Assembly: GCA_030141605.1 (NCBI GenBank)
Contig: JAQGDQ010000073.1
Coordinates: 558,001 to 622,000 of the forward strand
Length of the DNA: 64,000 bases
Direction: 5' to 3'
Origin: Tubiluchus corallicola
Lineage: Eukaryota; Animalia; Priapulida
Below the pieces are notes generated by a model. The model worked only from the letters and a program-made list of their open reading frames with translations. It did no database searches and was not told the origin of the DNA. Of the stretch, positions 1 to 12,533 are shown piece after piece (position 1 is the stretch's first letter; every line of letters begins with the position of its first letter). The position numbers were made by a program, and so were the translations under genes.

Positions 1-2514
1 AAATGAAAGGATCCATGTAATCATATTCATGACATTATATGGTGTGTGTTGTTTTGTGTATTACACTTTTTAATTCGTCTAGCATGCGGCAAATCTCATT
101 ACAAGATTCTATCGTCTAGTCTACATTATACGTAAATTAGGCTTACACTAATGCTGACGGAAACCCCCTCTGTGGAAGATCATAATTACCGTACTATAAT
201 TAAAACTCTGGCACAGTTTTAACCAAGAAATCATAAGGGGGTCTTCTTGGCGTTGTATTCGCTACATGTAACTGTGCAAACTTTGACTAGAATGTCAAGC
301 TTCCATAAAATCACCCGTCGGCGCCTTTGAACAAGGCTTGTATTTGGGCAAAATTAACATATAATTCGTGGGTATAAAATTTCTTCGTGGATTACATACG
401 CAAGAACTTCTTGCCTCTGTTGTGCCACACGCACGTACATGCGATTACCAAATTTTATAAAATAAGTATTATAAAATGCAGAGAATATTTATTTATTTTT
501 ATCTTGACATCTAATTTTTCAGATTCTTCCATTCAGAAGTTTCAAATAATACAATATAAAAACAACTTAAAATAAAATCATAATTCATAAATTAATGAAA
601 TATCCAAGGCAGTTTGCACTGAATATCTAGTGAATTATGAATTTAATCGGAATTCTTTTTATATTGTATCATATTGTTTCAATCCTCTATGGAGTATATA
701 GTGATGTGGCAGTTTCACAGGCACGCGAACAATCGTCCCACACGGCAATGAAAGATTATATTCAAAATAGCTTCTGTTGACACGCAGTGTTGAGCATGAA
801 AGTTTTTGCCCAATTTCTTCTGTTTGGACAGGAGAGGAGCAAAAAACAAACGCCTCCCTGCCACATTTTCTTCTCCGCGTAGTTTTTATGCAGAGATTAG
901 CGGATCTGACTCACCTAATTAACCAGGCACTTAAACACGGTTATTTTCTCCCCGTTTACACTGTTATTTTGAGCCAGGTGTGCATAACATACCTGCCTAA
1001 CCTGCCACAACTCATTGGTTCGCCCTAACGTTTGATCTTGAACTAGTCAAATGCACGACAGGTACTCAGAGTCTTTAGGTAATAGTAAAGAGTTCCGTTA
1101 TAATGCAGATGTAGGAACATGTTCGCAGTATATACAACATTTTTGTTGTTTGTAGCCTCATTAGTCGCAATACGAAAATTATTTTAGTCTAATTAGTCTG
1201 CCTGTGCATCTAACTTGCGGTTTGTTAAGTGTAAGACATGAATAATTAACTCCAAATAGACCAAATAATCTTGGAATTTTCTCATAATTGCCTTTTGCAA
1301 CTGGTGACGTTCCAATATTTCATTTGGCTCCAGATGGTGTACTGTCTTTGTTCTTAAATAACTTGTTTCTCGCGCATTTACAAAAGAACTTTCAGCCTAT
1401 TAAAGTGTTTTATAACGTTTTTGCGTATAAAGAAAGACACAGAATAAACACACAATTATAACACACAATAAGAAAGAAGATTCTAAAAAACATTTGTTTA
1501 ATTGCAGAGACAGTTCACTACTTGATGACAAATTTCTTCACCAGTTACTTAGATTATACATCGCCACGTGCTTTGCGGATATTATTCTTCTTACATGGAA
1601 ATTGCTTTTACAAAGCAAATAAACAGCCTGCTTGCGTCGTGTAGGGAAAATTATCAAACCCAGTGTGTGGGGTGAAGCGTTTCATGTAAAACATCAGCAA
1701 ATATTGTATAAAGTCATCTCAGAGTAATCAGGTTTATCTGCATTGACTATAATTATTCAAAAACACACATTTGCCTGGATTTTACTCTTCGTACGTCTTA
1801 AGCAATGTGTTTTCCGTGGATAACAACATCACTCTTTTACAACTTTAACAAGTTTTATCTTGTCAAGACGCCATTTTGGCTGACCCTCTGACGGAGAGCA
1901 ATATTACTATTAAATCTATGTTTTCAGTACATGCTTGAGCTACCTTTGCATTAGAAATCAACTCCCTGTAGTAATTAGGCATTTAGTTCATTAGTCATTA
2001 TTAAATTAATGCATGATTTATGCAAATTTGAAGTTGAAATTAATTAGAAAGGCGACGAGTTGGAATGAACGTCGGCGAAAGCGCAATCACAAGATGGCAA
2101 GAGAAATGCCACAGCCTGACGTAGCGTTAAAGCATTTTTAAATTTTGCACGTGATAAAAACGTTTATTGATGATTGTAAAACCTGGCTGCAACATACGAA
2201 GGTGCTAATGAGCGTATTAATTATCCACCATATTAACTGTCATTAGCATTATGTGCAGTAGGTACCTTAATTAATTAACGTAATTCGAGTTTGAAGGACT
2301 TCGTTTATATCCTCAGTACTGCAGTGACTTGTTCTCTAGCAGCCGAAGCCTTATATAGATTTGATTTAAATAAATTAGCATTTTTTAAAATTACAAATTT
2401 ACTTTAGCTATTTCATAATAGTAATAGTATTAATAGTTAACATCTAGTATGATAAATTGTTCACTGATCATTATTTTTTCATCACCACTTGTCACCATCG
2501 ATCAAACTATTGTA

Positions 2515-2690
2515 TTCCATTGCAGCTTGTTTATGTTCGTGGTTATGGTGGCCCGCACGGTTTGCGGCTTTTTACCATGTATGGGTCTCCCAGCCCAAAT
2601 CTGTATGTAAACCATGCATAATGTCTCCAAATTGTCATTTTGTGATGTGGGTTAAATAACAAATAAAAGTTAAAAGTTAAAAATCGTTAA
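2515..2690 (+). mobile_element. Probable LINE 3' end remnant
   Basis: GC-rich hairpin-like block ggtggcccgcacggtttgcggctttttaccatgtatgggtctcccagccc followed by aataaa and (aaagtt)n. Confidence 0.4.
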
Positions 2691-4211
2691 TTATAGATCT
2701 ATATTTGAAGCAAAATATTAATAAATAAATAAGCAAATGATTAAAAGAAAAAAAGGAAATTGATTTATAAAATTAACTTTTTGCTTATTTTTGCTACTTA
2801 TTCAGCAAGTCTAAATGCCTTCGAATGACATTTAACTATACCTCCTGATTTTGTCAGGCAAAATTATCATCGAGAAATATCCTAAATTGGGGAATTATTG
2901 TTCTTGAGCATATTAACTGTAATATGCAGTGCAACTATGACTATTTAAAAATGTCTTCAAAAGCTCTCAAAAATTGAAATAAAAAGCGCATATGTCATAC
3001 TTGGTGAATAATGTTATTGTTATTATGACACATGCAAGTTGCAAACAGAAAAAAACGAGAAAAAGATCTAAAATCCTAAAAATGGTTAGAAAATTATGTG
3101 TAGCAACTGTTTTCACAAATGACGTGCAAAGTGCGCAAATATTTAATTTCTATGCATTTATGCACAATTCCATCAGAGCGCTCAAGCTAGGATCTCATAT
3201 TTGCTCATTTGTTCGTCTGTTAATTAGTTTTGTGACAAATCGTTGCACAAAATTTACGTAATCTGCACTCGCAGAATAATATCTGAATTCAAGAAAATTG
3301 GATTTTTGAAAAAGCCATATGCAGGAGTAGCTTGGCAAATTTTATTTCGTTTTTTATACACCAGCGCAGGTAGCTTATGGTACAGTACGCTAATGCTGAA
3401 GTCAATTAAGGAGCGTTTCCTCAGCATATCAGCAATACCTACTACGCTGTCTCCTCTGGTGCACATTGTAAAAGGTTTGCTTGAAACTAAAGACAGTTTT
3501 ACATGTATGCGTTCTGCATACATTCGTCGCAGAACCACTATTTCCTTTTTTGTTTTATACGGCAGTGTACTCCAAAGCTCAACCTAAAACCGACGCTCCA
3601 CTATCTGCTCCGCCAAATTTTCAAGAGCAACCATGATATGTAATTACAAAACGCAAATTAAAGCAGCATTAAAACGACTCTCTACGAGTTGTTTACGCAA
3701 GACTGTTACATAGTAAAATAATAATTCTTTATTTTGAAGAATAATTCATTATTAATTGTCGCTATAGATAAAGTTGATAAAATGAAGTGACGATCGCTTA
3801 GTGCCCCTGTCGGATGAGCTAGGTTCCGTGTAAGATTCAGCAAGTTCAAAAAATCTAGAAGACCAAAGACTTTAAAAAAGACAAAAACGGAATCAAATAC
3901 AAGTAGTCGAAAAAATTATGAGTGTCTTGAAATGTCTTCTTACGGTTTAGTGTAGTGTAAGCATAAATCTTGGAAATAATATGATGCATACAGGAGTGAG
4001 ATAGTGTGCATAGCAGATGTGCAGTTTTTCGTAAAACACATCCTCCAGAACAGGATTATCATTTAAAATATTTATAACTTTGTTCTAGTGGGACTGCCAT
4101 TTATTTTGAGCTTCATGGCTCTGCTTCCATGTTTCATTTATTTCGTCTTCTAACCAAGTTTGGTTTAATACCGTTATAGTAAAATGTTGTAAATAATATA
4201 TAATAATGATA

Positions 4212-4242
<31 letters not shown>

Positions 4243-4492
4243 CATCTTCTAAAACTTGTTATAAATAATGTGGTCTCACAACCCAGGAGTTACTTCATGT
4301 CTGAAATATAGTCCTTTTTATGGTATCTGTCAGACGTCGTTCTTTCTATGTAGCCGTTTGGGAGTTGACAAAAAAGGATTGCCTATCAAGTTCGCGATTC
4401 GATTTAACTGCTTTTTTCATTTGTATTGTTTTCTGATACAACTCTTTACTTGAGGTGCTGGCTTCCCACTTTCCTTCACAAAATTTTCGGTA

Positions 4493-6262
4493 TCAGGAAT
4501 TTCTTTTCCAATTGTTATCAAAGCTTTCATCTTTTGTAACTGCTTTCAGTAATTTCGCATATAAGCTTTCCTCTTTCTGAGTGTAGATAATATAAATTGC
4601 ACAAATGGGAACTTGTCCAAATGCGAACCAGAAAAGAACCCATCCAATGCTGTCAGCCCAAGGCGGATACACTTCTGACAAGGGAGAAAAGTGCACCATT
4701 GATAAAATAAATATGCTAAGTATTAAGCAAGGCGTAACTGCAACCCATGTAGCTATCCAGTAAATTCCAGGGTAAAACCCAAGCATGGCCATGACATTTT
4801 CCCTAAATTGTTTGTAGCCGTATATCCACATAATTGCTCCTATTTCAAAGAAAGCAACAGCGGAAATTGGAAAATCGCCGGCGTACTTGTCCAAGAGGGA
4901 CCAAACGTATAGTCCACCATACGAAGTTGCCGGCAGCCCTATGAGAAAACATGCTACGCAAACTGCAATTGTAAACAATGTTTTGTTACGATTTCTCACT
5001 TTTGGGTACTGATCATTAATAGAGCTTAAAACACATTCCAATGTAGCGAATTCGCTGTCCAATCCAAGTGTGTATAACATGAAGAAAAATAGTACGGACC
5101 AAAATTGAGCAATTGGCAATCGGCTTATAGCTTCAGGATAAGCAACGAAGCTTAAACCAGGACCTCCTCGCACAACATCTCCTATATCTTCTCCAAGTTC
5201 ATGTGCAAGCGCACCAATTACGGAAAACACAACAAAACCAGCAATGACGGCGGTGATTGTGTCAAGACTGCTGAGGATAATGGCGTCACGGTAGCAGTTG
5301 TTATTAAATTTGTTGTAACTGGCAAGAGCGATCAAAGAACCCCAACCGACACCCAACGAAAAGAAGACTTGACCCAAAGCATTTCGCCACACTTGCATGT
5401 CTAATAATTCACGCCATTTTGGTAGAATAAAATGTTTTATTCCATCTTTGGCACCATCTTCTGTCACACCACGGAGAAGCAGCACAATCAAAATGAAATA
5501 AGGGAGAGTGGCAGTAAAGTAAACTACTTTGCCAGAGGTCTTGATGCCTTTTATAACACACAAAAATACGATAACCGTCGACAAAGTCAAACAAAGAAAA
5601 ATGTCCAATTTGATTCCGCCTAGTTCATCAAGAGTATGTGAATGATGAACTGTACCATTGACTATGGAGTTCAAACCAAGAACGTTGTTTTCCCAATATT
5701 CTTCTGCTGCCGTTTTAAGTTTAAGCATTCCGTTATAATGTCCGGATGAATTCCAATAGTTTAGCAAATTTTGGTCAATCTTGACACCTCGTATATAACA
5801 GGCAACCGTATTCCAGTCATTGCCACATGTTGTCCAAGGAAGCACCGTCTGCATAGATGCCCACATGTAATGTAATGTATACGACATAACAACATTATAG
5901 TAGCCGGACACAATGAAAGATACAGTCATCATTGCACTACCTATACCCTTAGCAATGGGCACACAGGACCATATAGTCAATGGCGCTTCTCCTGCATACT
6001 GACCAAATGCCAATTCCATATAATACATTGGCTTTCCAACCAGAAGGAGCATAATAATATAAGGGAGCAAAAATGCTCCACCCCCATTGTCGTAGGCTAA
6101 ATAAGGAAATCGCCAGACGTCGCCAATACCCACCGAATAGCCAACGCAAGAAAGAAAAAACTCCCATCTAGAACTCCAAGTCATCCTTTGTTCAGAAACT
6201 CTACCGACATCTTCCTCTTCATGTCCCCTTCCATGTGCAGAAGAACGCTGATTTACATCCAT
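4493..6262 (-). CDS. SLC6/NSS sodium-dependent amino-acid transporter (nutrient-amino-acid/glycine-transporter-like), 589 aa from the first ATG, single uninterrupted ORF
   Basis: NSS signatures are present: RMTWSSRWEFFLSCVGYSVGIGDVWRFPYLAYDNGGGAFLLPY (TM1-2), GKPMYYMELAFGQY, EL2 disulfide PWTTC..WNTVAC, GIKTSGKVVYFTATLPY, QVFFSLGVGWG..ASYNKFNNNCYRDA, GPGLSFVAYPEA, LGLDSEF, and about 12 hydrophobic segments. Gly at the LeuT-G24 position indicates an amino-acid rather than monoamine substrate. The track start (6277) is a GTG; the first ATG is at 6262-6260. Confidence 0.96.
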   Translation of the reverse strand: MDVNQRSSAHGRGHEEEDVGRVSEQRMTWSSRWEFFLSCVGYSVGIGDVWRFPYLAYDNGGGAFLLPYIIMLLLVGKPMYYMELAFGQYAGEAPLTIWSCVPIAKGIGSAMMTVSFIVSGYYNVVMSYTLHYMWASMQTVLPWTTCGNDWNTVACYIRGVKIDQNLLNYWNSSGHYNGMLKLKTAAEEYWENNVLGLNSIVNGTVHHSHTLDELGGIKLDIFLCLTLSTVIVFLCVIKGIKTSGKVVYFTATLPYFILIVLLLRGVTEDGAKDGIKHFILPKWRELLDMQVWRNALGQVFFSLGVGWGSLIALASYNKFNNNCYRDAIILSSLDTITAVIAGFVVFSVIGALAHELGEDIGDVVRGGPGLSFVAYPEAISRLPIAQFWSVLFFFMLYTLGLDSEFATLECVLSSINDQYPKVRNRNKTLFTIAVCVACFLIGLPATSYGGLYVWSLLDKYAGDFPISAVAFFEIGAIMWIYGYKQFRENVMAMLGFYPGIYWIATWVAVTPCLILSIFILSMVHFSPLSEVYPPWADSIGWVLFWFAFGQVPICAIYIIYTQKEESLYAKLLKAVTKDESFDNNWKRNS

Positions 6263-6837
6263 GATTGTATGTAACACAGATTTATATATAAAAGATACTT
6301 ATTATCCATGATTCTTTATGAAGAGCAGCTTATTACACTGCTTAAATAAGTCTTGACTGGACTTCTAAAAAAGCTAAGCCTTTTTTAATTAAGTCAAGAA
6401 ATTTCGGTTCCACGGCACAAACAATGAGTTCGACGATGACAAATCAGTTTATTTTTATTAAGACAGTTTCCACGTCCGCCAGAGTATGACATGAAACGTA
6501 GAATCGATTTTGACAATTACTTTAAAACAATGTAATCTTTATTTTGAGTAGACCCCGAATTTTACGTTTCAGTTAAGAGTTCAACTATTGCCTATTTTAA
6601 CAGTAAGAAATTTTTTTAAGTAATGAATCGCCTTTCAAACTGTTCAATAACAACAACAATAACAAAAAATCCGGATTTCCTACTTCATAAACCGAAGTAC
6701 AGTGTACATGAGGCTTGTGTCCCCTTCAATGGAAAAACAAAACTGAGTTAAGCGTAAAACTCTAACTAAATACTAAATCTACAGAAGGCTCGAGAAGCCA
6801 TTGTACCTGGTGAAATAAGGCATAAGCAGCGTTGAAT

Positions 6838-7178
6838 AAAAAGAAACCCACAATTACAAAGCAAAAAAAAGAAAGACGAAGGCACAGCGTTTCGAGCCAA
6901 CATGGACTGTAGTTGTTCTTCGGATGAACGAGTTTCTTCGCCCGAAGAGAATTGCAGTGTTTAAATTCCCCACACACAAGAAATTAGTTCCAGAAGCGAA
7001 TTAGTATTAAGATTATGGTTAGAGTTGGGGCTAGGGTTAGGGATACAATTAATGTTAGGGTTAGGGCTAAGGTTAAGGTTAGTATATTCAAACTGATTGA
7101 GGAATTGTAAACTCCTTCAGCTTGAAACGTTGTGTCAGTTCTTTCATTATCCTTGTTTTTTTATTCTGGGATTTTTTT
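6838..7178. mobile_element. MITE-like element with degenerate TIRs and a central TTAGGG-like array
   Basis: ggcacagcgtttcgagc (6881-6897) pairs with gcttgaaacgttgtgtc (7120-7136), and the flanking A/T tracts also mirror each other. The core 7018-7083 is ggttagagttggggctagggttaggg..gttagggttagggctaaggttaaggttag. Confidence 0.55.
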
Positions 7179-9799
7179 GTCACTATTCTATTTATTAAGA
7201 ATTAGTCTGCGATATAAGCATTGTTTATAAAGAGATGTCAAAAGGGAAAGTCATATAGGAGCCTCAGGGGGTTGGCGGAAAAAGCCTCAAAAGTTAGCCA
7301 TCTACATGAGGTACTGAGTACATCGCTTCAACTTCTCTACATAACTCATCTTGCAAGTATTTAACCAGAGATTTTCATAAAAGTCAGACTAAAATATTAA
7401 AAAGAAAACCCCAAGACAAAAAACGCCTAAAAATTGAATAAACATTATTAAAAATTTTCGCCCGTTAAAGCGATTTCAAAATTGCTTTGTTCCGTGAATA
7501 AGACCTATGCAGCACAGGAAATAAAAATATTCACGTAGAAGTTCTACTTGAATGTGGTACTTTATCGGATTTTCATAAAACATACGTCATGATGAAAGGT
7601 TCGGGGAACGCAAGCTAAAATTGTAAGAAAAAGTGACCTGTGATCTTCCAGACATTATCTGCGATTGCAGCCATTTGTTGAATTTAGATAAAAGCTGCAT
7701 TTTGATAAAAGGTAAAATGGATATCTGTGGTCAGCAATAGATGACTGTTAAAAATTGCCGATAAAGCGGAAAATACCTATAATGATCTGTGTCACTAATG
7801 ACATAAAAAGTACTATTATAGCATTAATGTTTTTAAATTCTTGGCCATCTATTAACCAATATCCGTTAAATAACAAGCCTTCGATTGTCCAAAGAACCGT
7901 CGAATTTATCAAAGCGATGCCAAAATCCAATCGATATTATCGATAATTTTTAAAAAGTGACAATTTGTCCTCGAAAGATGCCCTAAAAGTGCCATATGGT
8001 TTGTTCTCGAAAATGAAGTTGTACTTCTGTAAACTTGATTTTTTTCTTGCTTCTTCTAGCTGTAACTGTCTTCACTTATAGACCATTCAAATTTCACTTG
8101 ACTATTGGATAAGGCTGTGATTAGTCCTCAGTTAAGTCCTGCCGTTGCCGGAATTGTGCGGTCGGTAGAAATGCGTTAGCTTAACTGTTTTCCCGCATAA
8201 TTTATCTGCCTACAATCTCGTACGACCTTGTACCCTGTTTGACCCACTTTTGTTTAGCCGCGTTTCTGTTTTCTTTGTGGCAGGGAAAATTACGTTTAAA
8301 CGTCCACAACCCTCGCAAAATAAATCGAGCTAGTAAATGCTCAAAATTATTGTGTGAATATTTGACAAGAAATAGCGATTTACAAATTCACAGGATAAAT
8401 ATCAGAAAAGCGGAAAGATCATGAGTAACACTGAAAATAAATTTTTGTTTGAAAGAAGAGGCAGAATTAAGGCTTAGTCTAGACGGCCTCTGTAGTAATT
8501 ACGTTTAGGCGTAACATTAAAATATAGATTTAACATCACCAAAGCATAATCAGTTCACACTAAGTCTTGATATTTTTCGTACCATGTATGTAGATCATAC
8601 AAAGTAATTATAGTTCATAAAATGTTTATAACTATGTTAAAAAAATTTTGTTCAACTTGATGACTAGAAATTCAGAGCGGTGTCGTTTCGATCAATCTCA
8701 AGTAAATGCATTAGTGGTTTTTAGAGTACCTTAAAAAGATTAAAAAGATTTCAGCAGGATAAAATTTTGTATGACACACTGTGCTTTCCGATGGAAATAA
8801 TGTAACAGAAAAGCCATGAGGCTTTTATCGCCATACTAAGTACCATACTACACATACATTAATAAGGATTATTATTATTACACCACTTTTACCCAAAATA
8901 CCATGCGCCAGGCAGGGGAAACAGCGTGTACCATTTTTAGAGTTTTCATTATTACCTGGCCGCTCTATCGAACTGACAACATCCCAGACGGCAAGCAAAC
9001 GCGTACGCGTTAACTACATGTATTACGTTAGATCGTCTGATCACTATACTGATTCTAGACAGTGTTATGAGGCAAGTAGTTACGGAAAAACAGAAAATTA
9101 TAAATATTGACAATAACAATAAAACAATGACAAAATGACAAACGAAAAAAAGGATAGGTAAAGAAAGTAACAAATGGAAAAGTTATACGCGAAAAAGCAA
9201 AAAAGTAATAGATAAAAAGAGAAAGATACGAAAGGTGTGATGCTGCCGAACATGACAGAACAGGAGAAGATATGATAGGACAGAACAGGACAGGACAGGA
9301 CAAGAAAGCGCAACACAGTTATTAAGTACGCACATGTTCTGTATTAACTGTGCTTATAAAACAGTATTTTTATTAGTTTATCTTATAATTTTAATTTCAA
9401 TATTAGCGATTATTTCGACACTTCTGCAATAACTGTTTTATTATACCAATTTTTCCATTGTCTTCAAATGAAAAGTAAATAAATAAATGAGAGGCTTACT
9501 TTACGCGAGTAAGCAAGGTATATAAGAAACTCAGTTTACATAAGTAAACATCACGGTACCCATGAGCGGAAAATCTGGTTATTTCATGGTAAATGTACGC
9601 AAAGTGAGATATTTACGTATTAATTTGTCGAGATAAATCTTCTAGCTTAACCGTTCTACTCTACCAAAAGTGCAGAACTGTGGCCATTTTGCGGAAAGTT
9701 CTTAGCAAACAAAACAACCAGTGCATGCTTTTATGTTTTGGCGAGAAATTGTGAGACTGGCTTGCTGACCTACAACTTTCAATGTTGTAATCAGAGAAG

Positions 9800-10235
9800 C
9801 GCTGAGAGCGTATTGCAGGCATACGTTTGCGGAATCCGCATTTTTGGTGCGGATGCCGATAGTGAACTGTTCGTTAATACCGTATGTGAATTTTTAATGC
9901 CTAAATGCGGATTTTACGCGAAATTTCGGCATGCAAAAGCCACGAAACACAAAAACTTTACCCAATTGTTTTTGTTTTGTCACGATCATTATGGTTTGTG
10001 GCGTGATGTGATGGGTATAATATAGGGGAGTAGATATTGTGGTGTGAGTTGTCGTTGAGGGCTTACAAGCAAAATTCCTTTGCCTTCAAAGCTAGCTGTA
10101 ATTTGTCATTATTGATTAGTTTCCTAGCTTCATACAAATACGTTTTTTAATAATAGGGCACACATAGCAAGTCTAATTATTGATCTATTTTTGCGTATCT
10201 TGCGGTTCGCGGATGTTCAAATTTCACACAAAGTC
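9800..10235. mobile_element. Possible non-autonomous hAT-like remnant with GCGGAT subterminal repeats
   Basis: Repeated tgcggaatccgca, tgcggatg, tgcggatt and tgcggttcgcggatg motifs at both ends of the block. Confidence 0.35.
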
Positions 10236-10633
10236 GTAGATTTTGGGGATGTGTATTGTACACTGCGGGTTTTGCATTGCCGATAAACGAGAGAATGATA
10301 ACAGCCAGTCTCTGGTTGTATTGATTAAAACAGGGCTTTTAATAAGTATACGAAAAGAAAACTTACTGGACACACTTGCGAGCCTCTCCACCTTTCTAGT
10401 TCTTCCAACAAGTAATCTAATCTTTGTTGTGAACTTTAAGCCTATAATTATTGCTTATGTAGATTGTACTTTTTCTTTTATTTCAAAATAAATTTCAAAT
10501 AAAAACGAGAAATTTACTTACAGACTCAGTGAACAAATAACAAAACACAACAGCTACTATTTACAGGTACGGACATATTGAACATTAACCAGCGTAAGCA
10601 GGGTAGGTGGTTAGACAATACCACAATAGAGTA

Positions 10634-10635
<2 letters not shown>

Positions 10636-10675
<40 letters not shown>
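10636..10675. repeat. (AGT)n microsatellite
   Basis: Seen directly. Confidence 0.95.
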
Positions 10676-12533
10676 CATGTAATTTCGTAAAATGTTAAAC
10701 GGTTTTTGAGTTTAAATTGATTGTAACAAAGTTAACAGATAAATATACTGACAAAACTTTGTAGTCTTTTTATATGAAGTTTGACATTCCACAAGCTATA
10801 ACAATTAATATAGTTGGGTGTGGCAGGGCCGGAATTAATCTCATTATCAGAACTGACACAGGAGCCAAATTGCTATGCCCTCATTTGAGTATGACAAATA
10901 ACTGCAATACGCTTTTCCGTCAACCACCTATTCGTTTTCAAACTGTCTTTGGCATTGCTTAACTCTACATACAAAAGCAAAGCAAGACAATTGTCAATTT
11001 TGATTTTTTTGCCAATAGATGGAGTAGCACGTTTCCTGTTCCCCTGTAGTAAAAATATTAGATAAATGAAAAATAAATACTGTATAAAAGACAAATATGT
11101 TGATAAATGTATTTTCAAATGACTGACTGAATGAATAAGTAAGTAAACAAAAAAATAAATAAGTAAATATTAAAATAAATAAATAAAACATTAAATATTT
11201 AAATAAATCATTTTAAGTGAAACAGATGAGTTTATGAATTTTAGTGCTCCCACTCTTCAACAGCTACCCACCAAGCAAAACCATTTTAGAAAATTTGGGT
11301 CTGGTAATAAATGATCCAAAGCGAAAACTGCTTTCCAATTATGTGAACCTATTATCATCCAATAACAAGTGGCGTAGACTAGAGTACATCCGGTGATGCT
11401 CATATTAACCGAACAACAGTAATAGAGACAGTGCAAAGAAGAAGAAGAATAGCACAATGGCGGACTTACTGCAAAAGTAGTTCTCGTTTTTTCCTTTCAA
11501 TCCTTTAGATACGTTCAGTTGTAATTTTTTAATGTTTTAAAATTCATCTAATTACTAATTCTAGTCCTGTTCATTGGCAAACTCATTGCAAGCTGTCACA
11601 GGTCTTCTTGAAAGAGTGCTAACGACTTCGTTGAAAAATACAGAGCTTTGTGAACCTGTTATTGATACGCCACGTATCGCAAATTACATAAAGAATAGGA
11701 ACTAACGGCAATCACCCCATGTGAATTGCAAGACGCACACGCATCTTTTTTGCACAGTTTATCATTCTTTTACGATATGGTACTTAAGCTTGGAGGGGGG
11801 AGTTTTTGTATATTAAAAAGTTTAAGGCTTAAAATGTCTTTGTAGGCTTCTAGGTAAGTGAGTTAAAAATACATGACATTTAAAAACTGAATTAGTGCTA
11901 TGAATATGTTCAAATGGTAAAAAATAATTTTAAAACAAAACACATATTTTAAGCATGGGCGAGTTACATAAATCAACTATCAAGTAGAGCCACTAAATTT
12001 TCCAAAACATTTTATTTGAATAACGGCGCGCTGCTTCTCTTCTTAAATATTTTCATTGTTTATTGCGCTTTATTATGTTTACAAACTCTGGAACTAATTT
12101 GCTCATAGTAGACTACGTGAGTTCATGATGACCAGCATGAGGTATAGGCATTGACGAGGTGACCTCATTGCTTGGAAATTTTTACGTGGATGTTATGATA
12201 TTTTTATCCGTTCATTGTTGTTGGAGTCCAATAGGGCTGGAGATGTTCAGTGCCCTGCCACATGGGACCATGGTTTCAAGTTAGCCAAAATCAGATTCAC
12301 AAAAGCACAGAGAGTTCGTTTATTTAAGAAATCGCGATGTGAACCCATGTAACGGATTAACGCCAGTGATTTCGCCTCTGAGCATAAATAGTTTAGAAAA
12401 TTGACTTGATGAAAACTGGGCTGCCTATCACTTCTGGGCCCCTTGGAGCCGTCGCATACTATAATATCCACGACTAGGTTCGTTGTCACTGTTGCTGCCA
12501 ACAATGCGGTTTCCTTATATTTTGTTTTGTTAG

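Noticed and set aside
3243-3587. Overlapping 114-aa and 94-aa ORFs
   Set aside because: No recognisable motif or convincing splice boundaries; possibly a repeat relic.
5201-6167. Short ORFs overlapping the SLC6 gene
   Set aside because: Shadow or alternate-frame ORFs of a real CDS.
7018-7083. Interstitial telomere or chromosome-fusion scar
   Set aside because: Short, degenerate and enclosed by inverted arms; better explained as a MITE core.
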